Assembly (NCBI RefSeq): GCF_001194135.2
Contig: NC_068984.1
Coordinates: forward strand, 35,009,392-35,073,102
Source of the DNA: Octopus bimaculoides
Lineage: Eukaryota
Length of the DNA: 63,711 bases
Direction: 5' to 3'
Under the pieces are notes generated by a model. That model was given only the letters and a program-made list of their open reading frames with translations. It was not told the DNA's origin and did not search any database. Position 1 is the first letter of the stretch. Every line of letters starts with the position of its first letter. Positions 49,508-63,711 of the stretch are shown here, one piece after another. The translations under genes were made by a program, and so were the position numbers.

Positions 49508-51547
49508 TGTATGTGTGTATGTATGTATGTGTCTAAACATATATATTCGTCTGTGTATATGTTATGTGTGCCATGCATAAATACTGCCACTAATTATTCC
49601 AGCAGGATCGAATATCTGTAGATAGTAGTCATTGCTTAATGTGTGCCCCAAGTGAAGGCCAATGAACTGCACAAGTATACTGATTTTTCTTTTAGCTAAA
49701 TGAATGTTTATCACTAATGAGGATTATGGTGGAGTACATTGAGTGAAGTATGAAGCCGGTACGTTATCGATGCTCTGATTCGATGGAAAAAAAAAAGAAA
49801 ATCACTTCTAAAATATGTTTCCAAGGAATGAAATCTGAGAAATATATGGTAAATTTGCACGTGAAATGTTCGAAAGAGAAAAATAAAAGTTCTTGATGCC
49901 TATGCGCCTCATTAATAAAACCCCTCTCTCTCTCTCTCACACACACACACACATACACACACATACACACACACACATGTTTATAATTGTGTCTGTGTGC
50001 GCACAGATCTATATACGTGTCTGCGCATATATGTGTATAAGTGTATATGTACATAAGTGGAACTGACGGTGTCGTTACAGAGGTATTTCTTCCGAATGTC
50101 CTCTGGATGAGTCCTAATCCTGCCAAGATGGACATTCCTTTTCACCTTTCCATAGTGATAAATAATTTACCAGACCAGGGCGGCGGATTAGCAGAATTGC
50201 ACTCTTTCGTCTGAGCAGAGAGTTCACCTCAGTATAGAAAAACAGTGACACTTCTATCAGTTGCTGTGACCGAAAGATAGCAACAGTAATTTGAACATTA
50301 AGTAGGAAACCTGTTTCGTGTGTTCGATGGAAGAAAAAGTATGATATACAATACTTGTCTGTGTATATGTAATTCCTCTCAACAAATGAGAAATTAGAAT
50401 AGCAGTGGTCGTGTATAACATTTTTCCCGTGCCTTCTTTTCCGAATGACCGTCGAAGCATAGATACTAACGAAAAAATTACAATCGAGTATTGACACTGA
50501 ATAATGTAGTATGAAATATATCCTCTACGTGACACTTGTTGTTGAAGTTCAAAATATTATTTTCATATCTGTTAATTGGCTCAAAATTAAAATTTCCTGA
50601 AGGAAGTTAAGTGAATTCGTCGCAGTTAAGCCTGCTCGCCTCCATCATATCTGTTGGATAAACATGCGAGAATTATTTGGTTCTCCGCTTTAAAATCTGA
50701 CAAAAGCAAGAGCACTTGTAGTCCACATCATATTCTATTTACCCGCAGCATGCACTTCGATATTCCATTCTATTTTGAAAGCATAAACTTGCCTCAAACA
50801 TGCAAGGCCACGTTGATTTTGAAATTATAGCTGTCGCTTATATTCGAAGCGTATTTTGAGTGGGGGAGAGTGAAAGAATGTTAAATTGAAAAAAAAAAAA
50901 ATTAAAAAAAAGGTTACAAAGTTGGAGTTCGATATCATTAAAACGTTTCTGAAGAGATAGAATAATACTCCAACTCATTGTACGGACTTAGCACTCTGAC
51001 TATTGACACCTCACAGTCGCATACACCTTGTGTCCAGCAAGCATATAAATATATATTTCATATTGCATGGTGTTATTGCGTTCGTTTAATAAATAGAATT
51101 ATGAATATTAGAGGAAAATTATTGGCAAAAATACTATCCGAAAAAAATAGTCTTCGACGAGGCGAAACAGCTACGCAAACAATAACACACCACTCTAAAT
51201 CACAATGTTTTTCATTGCACCACGAATCGGTGGGAAATGGTTACAATAGATCAATATCGATTGCGGTACCTGATGTGTATATCTATTCACCTCGAAAATA
51301 TAAAAGGCATATGCGATCCCAGAAAAGTGTGTAGGAATTTTAGTCGCATGAAATACAAATATTCCTATATATTAATGCACACTAGTCATTGCTTGAATGG
51401 GAATATTGAGATACTTGCTCTGTGTTAACTTTATTATATACCATTTACATGTCTATGATAACTGGAAATAATTACAACTTAATATCATGTGTACATATTT
51501 TAGAAACTGTTTTAGAAGCTCCTACCCTCAACATGATCTCTCTGCCC

Positions 51548-51566
51548 TTCTCTCTCTCTCTCTCTC

Positions 51567-51634
<68 letters not shown>
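51548..51634 (+). repeat. (CT)n microsatellite
   Basis: Seen directly. Confidence 0.95.
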
Positions 51635-51636
<2 letters not shown>

Positions 51637-53181
51637 CAAACACAAAGACATATATGAACATGTAAATAGATAAGCATATGTATGTATAGAAAAACACAAT
51701 CAGATACAGTCGGTAGGTAGGGGTGAAAATATAACACAGTGTCACAGAACGACACGGTCATCACGAGAAATAACAGTATGCAACTTCCGTGATCCGTGTG
51801 AATACGGTTTACATGACATCACTACATTCCTCTACGTTTCATTTATGTTCATACGGGAATCAAGGTTCCTGTCGAATTAATGACCCGGTAAACATAGCAA
51901 TATCATAGAATATCATCCTTTGCCCTCAATACAGAGAACTGTGTTGTATACACAAAGCAAACTTCCACACATTTCCACGCCGACTGAGAAAGCAATTACA
52001 TCCTACATACCTATTCCTATACTTATTCAATTAATTTAATTTACTGCTTTTAAATTGAACGGTAAACCTAAAGATTACATGGTGCTTTTTGTCTCATCGA
52101 TCACTTAAGGATTTATAGAAAAATGAACCTAAGATGATTCGAACTCAGACTGTAAGGCCAAGTAGTAACATACTAAAATATATAACGTATAACGCTGCTC
52201 TTCGTCTTCCACTCGCCTACCACAGACGCACACATAGACGTACAAGTCTTTCACTCCTATTCTCTCTCCTTCCGTGTGTGAGGATATGTGTATGTATAAA
52301 GATGCATTCACACACATATACACAGACATATACACACACACTTACACACACACACATACACACACACATACACACATATATATATATACATGATATTTCA
52401 TATATATATATGCACAAACATAGGCGTATGTGAACACGCGAACAAACACGCCCTCTACCACACATTCACACACACACCCGTGTATGTTGGTGGTGGGGTG
52501 GATTCAGACCGTGACTGACAAAGTAGTTATGTGTAGCCGTCATCTCATTTCTGATGTGATGGTTGTTGAGACCCAAGACAAAACTGACCATGAGAGGCAT
52601 ATAATTTACGTATATTAACTATTTGCTCCATTTTTTTTTAAGACCCTAAAGCGTGAATTAAGGGTTGTTTGTTTGTAAGCGCTTGTTAGTTGATCAAATA
52701 GGAAAATCCTTTTGTCCCCACATCATTTTCATTCATCGATGTATACCGAAGGCGTTTAATTCCCTAAATACCTGTTGTCATGTTTTTTTTTTAAATTTTA
52801 TTTTACTAGTGTTAGACATATGTTTGTGGGCACAAGGCAGAACCACTTTCAAAATAAATGGTTTCCCGAAATACGTTTCCCAAGCAATCACTCTTTACTT
52901 AGCTCCTTCTTAGTAAACTTTGTTTACGATGAGAACCATGAATCAATTTATACACAAACTCAGACGCACACACGCACGCACGTAGGTAGGTACGCGATCA
53001 TACACTTCGAGAACATGCATCTTAATGAAGTCTCCAACGACCAAACTAGTTCATTTAGTATTATAGCGTATGACAAGTATTGTTTGGGAAAGAGCAAGAG
53101 AAGCACAAGACTGCACAAAATGCTTATGAAACCAGCGTACTGTCAACTAGTATTGAGAAGGTAGATAGATAGATAGATAGT

Positions 53182-53213
<32 letters not shown>

Positions 53214-55089
53214 GATACAGGTAGATAGATACATGTGTGTGTATAATCATGCACATAAAAAGAGATGAATATACAAACTAATATATATACATCCATGTGC
53301 GTGTGTATGTGTGTATGTGTGTGAAAGAGGTGTGTATTTGAAAGTGTGTCACGTTTGTATTTACATATTTAGATTTAGAGAATAAAGATAGCTACAGAAA
53401 CGCCATAACATTCTCAGAGAAAGGAAGCGAGGGTGGGGGTGAGTCAGGAGAGCTCTGAACAAAATTCCAATGATGTTTTATCAGACACCATCGAGTACAA
53501 TTATCAGTTAATGTTCCAATAAGGATTGTTGACTGTGTATAACTGTTTCATATTGCATTATGGGATATATGTTGTATGGCAATAGTGATATCGTATTGCT
53601 AATGGGCAGGTAGTTATCTCCAACAACATTAATATAAATATATGCAAATTAAGAACAGCGCACAGGCACACACACCTATACACTCATTAACGTACCTAAA
53701 CACATACACATGCATACCTAAGTACACCTAAGCCCACACACACATATTTTTATCATTGCACAACATAATCAACTTTACCACTAGCAAAATATACTTTTCT
53801 GTGCGGTGTAGGCGTGTATGATTTCAAATGAATTTATAGCTAATATACACACAAACACCACCACCACCGTAACCACTACCACCACACCACACCACACACT
53901 ACACACACATTCATATAAATATGTATATGATATGCAATATGCACATTTATGCAAAAATATATGTCAAGAAATTTAGAAGGTACAATGTAAAGAGGAAGGA
54001 AAACCTGTTTGTCTATTCACCTGCTGAAACACGCAGAGAGGCAAATACATACACCAGCATGCAACCCCCCCCCCACACACACACACATCCAGGTGCTCAC
54101 AAATGGAGACGCAGGCATACATACCAACGTATACTTCGCTGTATCAATATTGACTTGGAATTTAATATGTAAGACGCAAATAAATTAAAATCTTCCTCGA
54201 AATTTGATCTGAAGTAATTCAATATATTAAATATTAAGTAATTAAAAAAAATGTTCCGCATAAAATACTTCTATGTATGTTTGGTGCTGTAGGTCTTTGC
54301 CGCTATTGTATCTACTAATTGTTTAAAGATAAACTTCTTTGCTGTTTGTAGTAATTAAGCAAATACTGGAAACTCAACACTTATACAATTTTACTTGCCG
54401 GAATAAACGACCATTTTCATCAGTTATTTATTACCTATATTAAAAGAACTGAGACAAGATTTTACGAGGTTGGTTATACGATATAAATACACACCGCCTG
54501 GCGGAATATATATAATCTCAAGTAGCCATAAAACTGGATAAATCTACTGCAAAATCGTAGCCAATTTCGCGTGAATTTTCCATACACGAATGATTTTTCA
54601 AAGAAGCATGATAGAAAAAAGTTATACAAAAAGATGCATATTTGTTCAAAGTCATTTACGACCGAGGTCAATTTTGTGTATGCACATAGGTAAATATACA
54701 CATAAAAAGATACATGAACAAATATGTACATGAATATGCTCATACAATGTCCATATATATATAAACTCATATATACATACATATATATAAAGATATATGT
54801 ATATACGGACAGAGGCATAAAAGTATATATATATATATNNNNNNNNNNNNNNNNNNNNNNNNNNNNNNNNNNNNNNNNNNNNNNNNNNNNNNNNNNNNNN
54901 NNNNNNNNNNNNNNNNNNNNNNNNNNNNNNNNNNNNNNTTTTATGAACAGCTAGGCTACGTGGACGTAAACACACCAACACAGTGGTCGATAGATGTTTC
55001 GAGACAGACAAAGAAAACACAAGCACACGCAAATACACACACAAAAAAAAAAACACACGGGCGTGCGACTCGTGGATACACGTTGACAC

Positions 55090-55215
55090 ATATGGGACTG
55101 GTTTCATTCAGTTTTTCATCTACCAAACCCACTCTCAGAGTATGGCTTGCGCCAGAGTTCAGCAAATAATTCTTGGCCAAGGTGTCTTGCAATAGGACAT
55201 TGGGAAGCAAATTTG
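55090..55215 (-). mobile_element. SINE family 2, diverged copy
   Basis: TTTCATTCAGTTTTTCATCTACCAAACCCACTCTCAGAG...GGCCAAGGTGTC matches the reverse complement of family 2. Confidence 0.65.
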
Positions 55216-55254
55216 TTCGAAAGTAATTATTTTAAACGCCACACCTGTCTGTAG

Positions 55255-55285
<31 letters not shown>

Positions 55286-55310
55286 CACACACACATAGTT
55301 AGATAGATAC

Positions 55311-55373
<63 letters not shown>

Positions 55374-55840
55374 CATATATTAATACGCGTTCGCGCACAC
55401 ACAGGCACGCAATCACAGACATACACACATATACACAAAGACACAAATATATATATATAAATATATATATATACACAGTTACATATACACATATAGTGGT
55501 GTGTGTGAGTGAGTGTGTGCGAGCTTGTGTGTATGTGTGTGTATATAAACATGCAATTATGTTTACACACTAACATACATAAGGAGGTGTGAAGCTATGC
55601 TTTATGAAATTGTACGTATTAATATCAACAATTATTGTATTTCTCACTATTTTGCACGTAGGTGATGCTAAACATCTAGGATATTATATATTCAGAAATC
55701 GTTTTTGTATTAATATTTCTATCAGCCATTTCTTAAGTTGAAACAACTGATTGCAGTTATCTTAATATAACAACCATCTATCTTAATTGAAATAGTTGAT
55801 GTATAACATATTTGTAAATCTATCTATCTATCTATCTATC

Positions 55841-55880
<40 letters not shown>

Positions 55881-56570
55881 TGTGCATGTGTGTGTGAGTG
55901 TGTGTATCTATATATATACATATATGTATATATACATATATAGATAGATAGATATGTATATATGTATATGTATATATATATATATACACATNNNNNNNNN
56001 NNNNNNNNNNNNNNNNNNNNNNNNNNNNNNNNNNNNNNNNNNNNNNNNNNNNNNNNNNNNNNNNNNNNNNNNNNNNNNNNNNNNNNNNNNNNNNNNNNNN
56101 NNNNNNNNNNNNNNNNNNNNNNNNNNNNNNNNNNNNNNNNNNNNNNNNNNNNNNNNNNNNNNNNNNNNNNNNNNNNNNNNNNNNNNNNNNNNNNNNNNNN
56201 NNNNNNNNNNNNNNNNNNNNNNNNNNNNNNNNNNNNNNNNNNNNNNNNNNNNNNNNNNNNNNNNNNNNNNNNNNNNNNNNNNNNNNNNNNNNNNNNNNNN
56301 NNNNNNNNNNNNNNNNNNNNNNNNNNNNNNNNNNNNNNNNNNNNNNNNNNNNNNNNNNNNNNNNNNNNNNNNNNNNNNNNNNNNNNNNNNNNNNNNNNNN
56401 NNNNNNNNNNNNNNNNNNNNNNNNNNNNNNNNNNNNNNNNNNNNNNNNNNNNNNNNNNNNNNNNNNNNNNNNNNNNNNNNNNNNNNNNNNNNNNNNNNNN
56501 NNNNNNNNNNNNNNNNNNATATATATATATATGAATATGTATATCTATCTATCTATCTATCTATTTATAT

Positions 56571-56612
<42 letters not shown>

Positions 56613-57049
56613 GTGTTTGTGTGTGTACACATATATATACATCTAGAGATAAACTCGTAGAGAATGCATAACGTAGCATATTGGTTGGATTTGTGGGAAC
56701 TCGGCTGAGAAATAGTGTGCCCTAATTTTAATCCAGTCGTCGACACTTCGCCTTGACAAAGTTAGTTCATTGCATGTTGCTCTAATACAATCAGCTGTAC
56801 ATAGTTATCAGCAGCAGTTCTGGGGCGGTGTCCCAGTCATGTGCCTTGTTTTGTAACCTTTTGTTGGGTACGACATAGGATGCAGTATGATATGTAATAC
56901 CGGGTCAGGAGAAATTAATGTTTGTGCATGTGTTTGCGAGTTTTTGTGTCATTTAATATATATATATAATATAATGTATATGATACTTTATCAAATACAC
57001 ACACATTATATACACACATATATATATATATATATGTGCGTAATATATA

Positions 57050-57264
57050 CACATGGGGTACTGAAGAGTTCCTACCCAAAATTATATCGAGAAAACCCTG
57101 GTTGGAGGACCAAACCACATAGTTCTTTTGCAAGGTTTAGAAAACAGAAGGACTGCTGCAATGCGTGTGAATCTGAGATGAGCATATGTTGAATAAAATC
57201 ATCGTTAAACGATCCTCCTCTATTTTCGTTTACCGTATCCCAGAAACTTTTCAGAAACCTCTCG
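57050..57264 (+). mobile_element. Mini-mariner MITE (~215 bp)
   Basis: Imperfect TIRs (left TA|CACATGGGGTACTGAAGAGTTCCT; right reverse-complemented TA|CGAGAGGTTTCTGAAAAGTTTCTG). The interior keeps a trace of the mariner C-terminal end (GCGTGTGAATCTGAGATGAGCATATGTTGAATAA, resembling C-V-N-L-x-G-x-Y-V-E-stop). Confidence 0.65.
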
Positions 57265-58131
57265 TATGATATATATGGGTGTATATATATATATATATAT
57301 ATATNNNNNNNNNNNNNNNNNNNNNNNNNNNNNNNNNNNNNNNNNNNNNNNNNNNNNNNNNNNNNNNNNNNNNNNNNNNNNNNNNNNNNNNNNNNNNNNN
57401 NNNNNNNNNNNNNNNNNNNNNNNNNNNNNNNNNNNNNNNNNNNNNNNNNNNNNNNNNNNNNNNNNNNNNNNNNNNNNNNNNNNNNNNNNNNNNNNNNNNN
57501 NNNNNNNNNNNNNNNNNNNNNNNNNNNNNNNNNNNNNNNNNNNNNNNNNNNNNNNNNNNNNNNNNNNNNNNNNNNNNNNNNNNNNNNNNNNNNNNNNNNN
57601 NNNNNNNNNNNNNNNNNNNNNNNNNNNNNNNNNNNNNNNNNNNNNNNNNNNNNNNNNNNNNNNNNNNNNNNNNNNNNNNNNNNNNNNNNNNNNNNNNNNN
57701 NNNNNNNNNNNNNNNNNNNNNNNNNNNNNNNNNNNNNNNNNNNNNNNNNNNNNNNNNNNNNNNNNNNNNNNNNNNNNNNNNNNNNNNNNNNNNNNNNNNN
57801 NNNNNNNNNNNNNNNNNNNNNNNNNNNNNNNNNNNNNNNNNNNNNNNNNNNNNNNNNNNNNNNNNNNNNNNNNNNNNNNNNNNNNNNNNNNNNNNNNNNN
57901 NNNNNNNNNNNNNNNNNNNNNNNNNNNNNNNNNNNNNNNNNNNNNNNNNNNNNNNNNNNNNNNNNNNNNNNNNNNNNNNNNNNNNNNNNNNNNNNNNNNN
58001 NNNNNNNNNNNNNNNNNNNNNNNNNNNNNNNNNNNNNNNNNNNNNNNNNNNNNNNNNNNNNNNNNNNNNNNNNNNNNNNNNNNNNNNNNNNNNNNNNNNN
58101 NNNNNNNNNNNNNNNNNNNNNNNNNNNNNNN

Positions 58132-58185
<54 letters not shown>

Positions 58186-58227
58186 GTATGTATGTATATA
58201 AATATATGTGTATATGAAGTTCGATGT

Positions 58228-58410
58228 TCGTGGCTTAGTGGCTAGGTTGTTGGTCTCATCAACGTGCGATTATGGCTTCGATCTCAAGACCAGCTGATGA
58301 GTTTTCTTCAGCAAATACTTCGATATTACGTTGCTCCAAGGTGGAGGGTATCTGTGCCATGGAAACCGAGAAAATGACCTCATGAGTTCATATGACTCGT
58401 GAAGGAACCT
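58228..58410 (+). mobile_element. SINE family 3 with longer 3' part
   Basis: TGGCTTAGTGGCTAGG (A-box), GCTTCGATCTC (B-box-like), CAGCAAATACTT...ACGTTGCTCC, and a terminal GAGT-TCATAT-GACTC hairpin. Confidence 0.65.
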
Positions 58411-58821
58411 TTTTATACCCCATTCATACTGTAGTCTATTGCATTCTTGTTCTATTTTTGGTATTTATATATGTGTATATTTATATATATTCATTTATTA
58501 AAAATGTATGTTTATACATAATTACACAAATCACACAAACGAATAAATATATACACTCATACACAAAAATATGTGCGCGCGCGCGGGTGTATACCTTTAT
58601 ATATATCTGAAAGAAATATATTGAAAAGCTAGATTAAATATATAAAGATGGGATGCTGTGTAAAAGGTGTTTATGCGACTACATGTGTTGATGTATTTGT
58701 CTGCAAATATATGTTGTCTCTATCTGTTTTTCTGTGTCCATATATATATATATAATATATATATAATCTATCAATCTGTTTGTCTTTTTAGCTATCAATC
58801 ATTTTTCTATCTATCTATCTA

Positions 58822-58858
<37 letters not shown>

Positions 58859-58925
58859 CTGTCTATCGATCTATTTATCTACCCATATACTTTCCTGTCT
58901 GTCTTTCTGTCTGTCTATCTCTCTC

Positions 58926-58973
<48 letters not shown>

Positions 58974-59814
58974 CATCTTTTTATCTATCTCATTTTGAGG
59001 GATAGGCAGATATAAGCATTTTCACCTGATGAAGTAAATTTTGTGTGTGTGTGTGTGCGCGCGTGCGTGTGTCTCAGTGTGTGTTTGTGCGCGCGCGTAA
59101 GTGTGTGTGACTGTCTGTCCGTCTGTGCGTCCATCACTTTGTTGAATCTTGACCCTCTTTCCATTAAATTTGGTTTAAAGACTACAACTGAACATATACA
59201 CTGAATTACTCGTCTACTGTAATGTATTCTTTAAGAAAATCCCAGAGGCTTGTTTATTTCTAAGTCAAAACTTAGAAGAACAACATTTCTATTGATTTCT
59301 CACTTTAGCACAAGAACGCACGTTATTACTGAAGGTGTGAGGTCGATCGTATCGACACTAGCACATGATATGCACCCATAAATTTCCATCAAACGTGATA
59401 CTTTCATTTGCTAGACATAGCAGCCGATCTTATCTCAGTTCAAACTTCTAAAGCGAAACGTAAAATGATTTTGGATAATACAGTCAGAGAAACTCTGTAA
59501 AGCATCGGATATTTATAGCTAGGTTAATTATAATCATACATATACACCCAAGTACTTTATTAACCGAGCTTAATCACATCAATAAGAGAAGAGTTATCAA
59601 CAACAATGCTAGCGTCACGCTTAAAATGCGAAATCAAACAGGATGTTGATTTCAAGTTAGTACATAAGCATATATAATTATTTGATGCGAAGGATTTACG
59701 CAGGCAGTCACAAGATGATATGAAGAACCGGCTGTATTTACATCTATGCCTATGTAAATATGTGTGCGTGTGTGTGTGAATATATGAATACACACGCACA
59801 CACAAACATATATA

Positions 59815-59845
<31 letters not shown>

Positions 59846-60484
59846 NNNNNNNNNNNNNNNNNNNNNNNNNNNNNNNNNNNNNNNNNNNNNNNNNNNNNNN
59901 NNNNNNNNNNNNNNNNNNNNNNNNNNNNNNNNNNNNNNNNNNNNNNNNNNNNNNNNNNNNNNNNNNNNNNNNNNNNNNNNNNNNNNNNNNNNNNNNNNNN
60001 NNNNNNNNNNNNNNNNNNNNNNNNNNNNNNNNNNNNNNNNNNNNNNNNNNNNNNNNNNNNNNNNNNNNNNNNNNNNNNNNNNNNNNNNNNNNNNNNNNNN
60101 NNNNNNNNNNNNNNNNNNNNNNNNNNNNNNNNNNNNNNNNNNNNNNNNNNNNNNNNNNNNNNNNNNNNNNNNNNNNNNNNNNNNNNNNNNNNNNNNNNNN
60201 NNNNNNNNNNNNNNNNNNNNNNNNNNNNNNNNNNNNNNNNNNNNNNNNNNNNNNNNNNNNNNNNNNNNNNNNNNNNNNNNNNNNNNNNNNNNNNNNNNNN
60301 NNNNNNNNNNNNNNNNNNNNNNNNNNNNNNNNNNNNNNNNNNNNNNNNNNNNNNNNNNNNNNNNNNNNNNNNNNNNNNNNNNNNNNNNNNNNNNNNNNNN
60401 NNNNNNNNNNTTCGCAAAACCCTCGAAGCCAGGAACTATTGAGCCACCCCGACCCTCAAATATGTGAGTGTGTATGTGTGTGTA

Positions 60485-60640
60485 TGGTGGGTTTCTTTCA
60501 CGTTCAGTCTTTGAAATCCACTCACAAAGCTTTGGTCGGCTCAAGGCTATTGTAGGTGATAGTAGCCCAAAGTTACCGCTCTGGGGATTGAACACAAGTT
60601 TACACAGAGGGGATACTAACTTTTTAGCCACACATCCAAG
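60485..60640 (-). mobile_element. SINE family 2, diverged copy
   Basis: TTTCTTTCACGTT...AAATCCACTCACAAAGCTTTGGTCGGCTCAAGGCTAT is the reverse complement of the family-2 body at 48936-49092. Confidence 0.75.
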
Positions 60641-61310
60641 CCTCCTCTGCCGCGTGCGTGTGTGGTGTGTGAGTGTGCGTGTGCGTGTATGTGTGTCCAA
60701 GGATGTATGTGTGTGAATGTCTATATGACTATATGCATATAAACATTTCTTCACGGCAGCATGTGTATATTCATGTATGTGTTTTGTATTTTCAAAGAGG
60801 CAGAGGGAGAGATTAAAAGTAACTGTCAGTCACACAAACATATTTTGTCTTGTTTTCCTATTTCAATCCTTGGACTGAGACCATGCTGGGGCACCGTTTT
60901 CAGAGACATATCTCATATCAAGAGATACCTATGTTAGTTTAGAGAGAGACAATACGATAAAGTAATACATATATATATATACACTGTTGTAACGAATATA
61001 CATGAATAGATACCTTAAGATAAACACAAGATATATCGAGATATAGATATATAAAATATTAGACGATCGAACAGGTATGAGAGAGATCGATGTATCGATG
61101 GAAATATTGACAAGACTTATAGATTCACACGGACACACACGCACATCGGCACATCAGTATTTGCACACACAGACACACAAACACACAAACACACAAACAC
61201 ACACACACACACACACATTCACACACTGACACGCACGCACATACACACGCAAAGTAGTATATTTACACAAAGTAGTACACACATGCACGCATACCTACAC
61301 CACACATCAT

Positions 61311-61347
<37 letters not shown>

Positions 61348-61467
61348 TACATGTATGCGCTTGAGTGACTGCATGGATAGGAAATCCACCTACACACCGT
61401 TCTCTTGAAAACAGCTGACACATATACAACATCCCGAAACTGAAGTATTCAGGCCTCACACGAATAT

Positions 61468-61535
<68 letters not shown>

Positions 61536-61597
61536 TTGATGATGATGATGATGGTGATGGTGGTGGTGGTGGTGGTGATGATGGTGATGGTGGTGGT
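61468..61597 (+). repeat. (GAT)n-(GGT)n array running into a gap
   Basis: Seen directly. Confidence 0.95.
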
Positions 61598-63072
61598 NNN
61601 NNNNNNNNNNNNNNNNNNNNNNNNNNNNNNNNNNNNNNNNNNNNNNNNNNNNNNNNNNNNNNNNNNNNNNNNNNNNNNNNNNNNNNNNNNNNNNNNNNNN
61701 NNNNNNNNNNNNNNNNNNNNNNNNNNNNNNNNNNNNNNNNNNNNNNNNNNNNNNNNNNNNNNNNNNNNNNNNNNNNNNNNNNNNNNNNNNNNNNNNNNNN
61801 NNNNNNNNNNNNNNNNNNNNNNNNNNNNNNNNNNNNNNNNNNNNNNNNNNNNNNNNNNNNNNNNNNNNNNNNNNNNNNNNNNNNNNNNNNNNNNNNNNNN
61901 NNNNNNNNNNNNNNNNNNNNNNNNNNNNNNNNNNNNNNNNNNNNNNNNNNNNNNNNNNNNNNNNNNNNNNNNNNNNNNNNNNNNNNNNNNNNNNNNNNNN
62001 NNNNNNNNNNNNNNNNNNNNNNNNNNNNNNNNNNNNNNNNNNNNNNNNNNNNNNNNNNNNNNNNNNNNNNNNNNNNNNNNNNNNNNNNNNNNNNNNNNNN
62101 NNNNNNNNNNNNNNNNNNNNNNNNNNNNNNNNNNNNNNNNNNNNNNNNNNNNNNNNNNNNNNNNNNNNNNNNNNNNNNNNNNNNNNNNNNNNNNNNNNNN
62201 NNNNNNNNNNNNNNNNNNNNNNNNNNNCACACACACACACACTTACACACACACCTACACACATATGTACGGATACGTTTTTGTATACATATATTTGATA
62301 TGGTGATTATATTAGTAAATAACACATTCGGGCAGAACGCGTGCACGAACGAACACACACAACCTAAACTCATAGAAAATATATTTGTATTTAGGTTAGA
62401 TGTAATAATATACGTACATATATACATGTTCTGATAGAGAGAATATCACGCACATAGAGCTCAATCTCATAGATATATTATTATACACAAACACACATAC
62501 AAACACACAAGATCACATACACAGACACGATTGGCCAGAAGTCACTCGACAGTAAGTCAAAATCCCATAGATACTATCGGTGATTCTGTATTGACTCGAA
62601 TGAAAAAAATGTGTTGCTCAAGAAGGACTTCTGTTTGAACACTTTTCGTGATGTTTCATATTCAGATACTTTTTATTAAATTCATTCAGTTGTTAAATAT
62701 AAATAAACCTAGGAATTAAATGGTCTTGATTTACTGTCAGGTGATTTGGGGCCAGACCAGTATACGTCTGCACCTCTGGCCTTCTATACGATCATAGTAA
62801 TATGAATTTTTCTAGGAATGAAGAAAAGTTTGCAGGTGAAATTATATAAGATATATACGTGGGAATACACACAGTAATGTGGGTCCTGGTTGTAAATAAT
62901 ATATGAATACAGATGAAAATAAGCTAGGAAACTGAGAGCTGTTAGACATAGTCCGAGGGGCACCTACATAAATATACGTAAGTACGCATATAGATAAACA
63001 CACACACACACACACACACTCACACACACACACACATACACACACACCAGACGGAGATAGCTAGCTATAGGT

Positions 63073-63128
<56 letters not shown>

Positions 63129-63194
63129 CAGAAATGAATGTTTGCGGCTGTGAGACTGTATGTATGTATATATATAAATATATAAACACATCAA

Positions 63195-63345
63195 TATCTG
63201 CGGATGAGGAGTCCGGTTTGCAACCACTTGTTTTCAAGCTCGATTCTCCAGCGTTGCACATTGTGGAAGCATTTTTTTCCCCCTATAACCTCTGGGTGAG
63301 CAATTCCTTAAACGTAGAATTCGATAGAGCGTATCACCAAATACA
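63195..63345 (+). mobile_element. SINE family 2, highly diverged copy
   Basis: TTTGCAACCACTTGTTTTCAAGCTCGATTCTCCAGCGTTGCACATTGTGGAAGCATT...CTATAACCTCTGGG resembles the family-2 head and core. Confidence 0.4.
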
Positions 63346-63377
63346 CATGCGTATATACCATTGTATACTTGCACATT

Positions 63378-63419
<42 letters not shown>

Positions 63420-63711
63420 CGTGTGTGTGTGTGCGAGGGTGTGTGTGTGTGTGTGTGATTGTGTTTGTGAGGAAGCCTGTGATTTAAATTCGTTCGTTTT
63501 TATAGGTACACACATCTGTTTAACTGTGTAAAATGTGTTCGATGATGTATTTTACCATTTTTTCTACCGAGAATAAGTACTAGGGTGGTGATGGTGAATA
63601 AATAGTCAAATGGAAAAGAAGGGCAAAAATTGCTTGAAGGCGACGATCTATAGAAACGTAAAGTATGTAGTATGTACGTGTACACATAAATATAGATATA
63701 TATACATACAT

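Overview
AT-rich animal genomic DNA from a draft assembly. It has 18 N-gaps, most flanked by (TA)n/(CA)n/(TCTA)n arrays, and very dense microsatellites. The SINE families and repeat landscape resemble what I recall of octopus (coleoid cephalopod) DNA; this is an inference and was not verified by search. I cannot support any intact host protein-coding gene: nearly all ORFs in the track are microsatellite or gap artefacts, and the rest are transposon fragments. Recognisable content: (1) a nest of R4/Dong-type (RT plus C-terminal REL endonuclease) non-LTR retrotransposon fragments at about 10.9-15.6 kb, each 3' end sitting in (AAT)n in the same relative orientation, plus a ~550-bp non-coding element flanked by the same target; (2) Penelope-like relics carrying minimal hammerhead-ribozyme motifs, two of them as fold-back inverted repeats whose axis lies just 5' of the ribozyme core; (3) a perfect 90-bp-arm palindrome and a hairpin MITE; (4) several mariner relics and MITEs; (5) three tRNA-related SINE families; (6) old RTE-type LINE relics; (7) a few weak candidate micro-exons.
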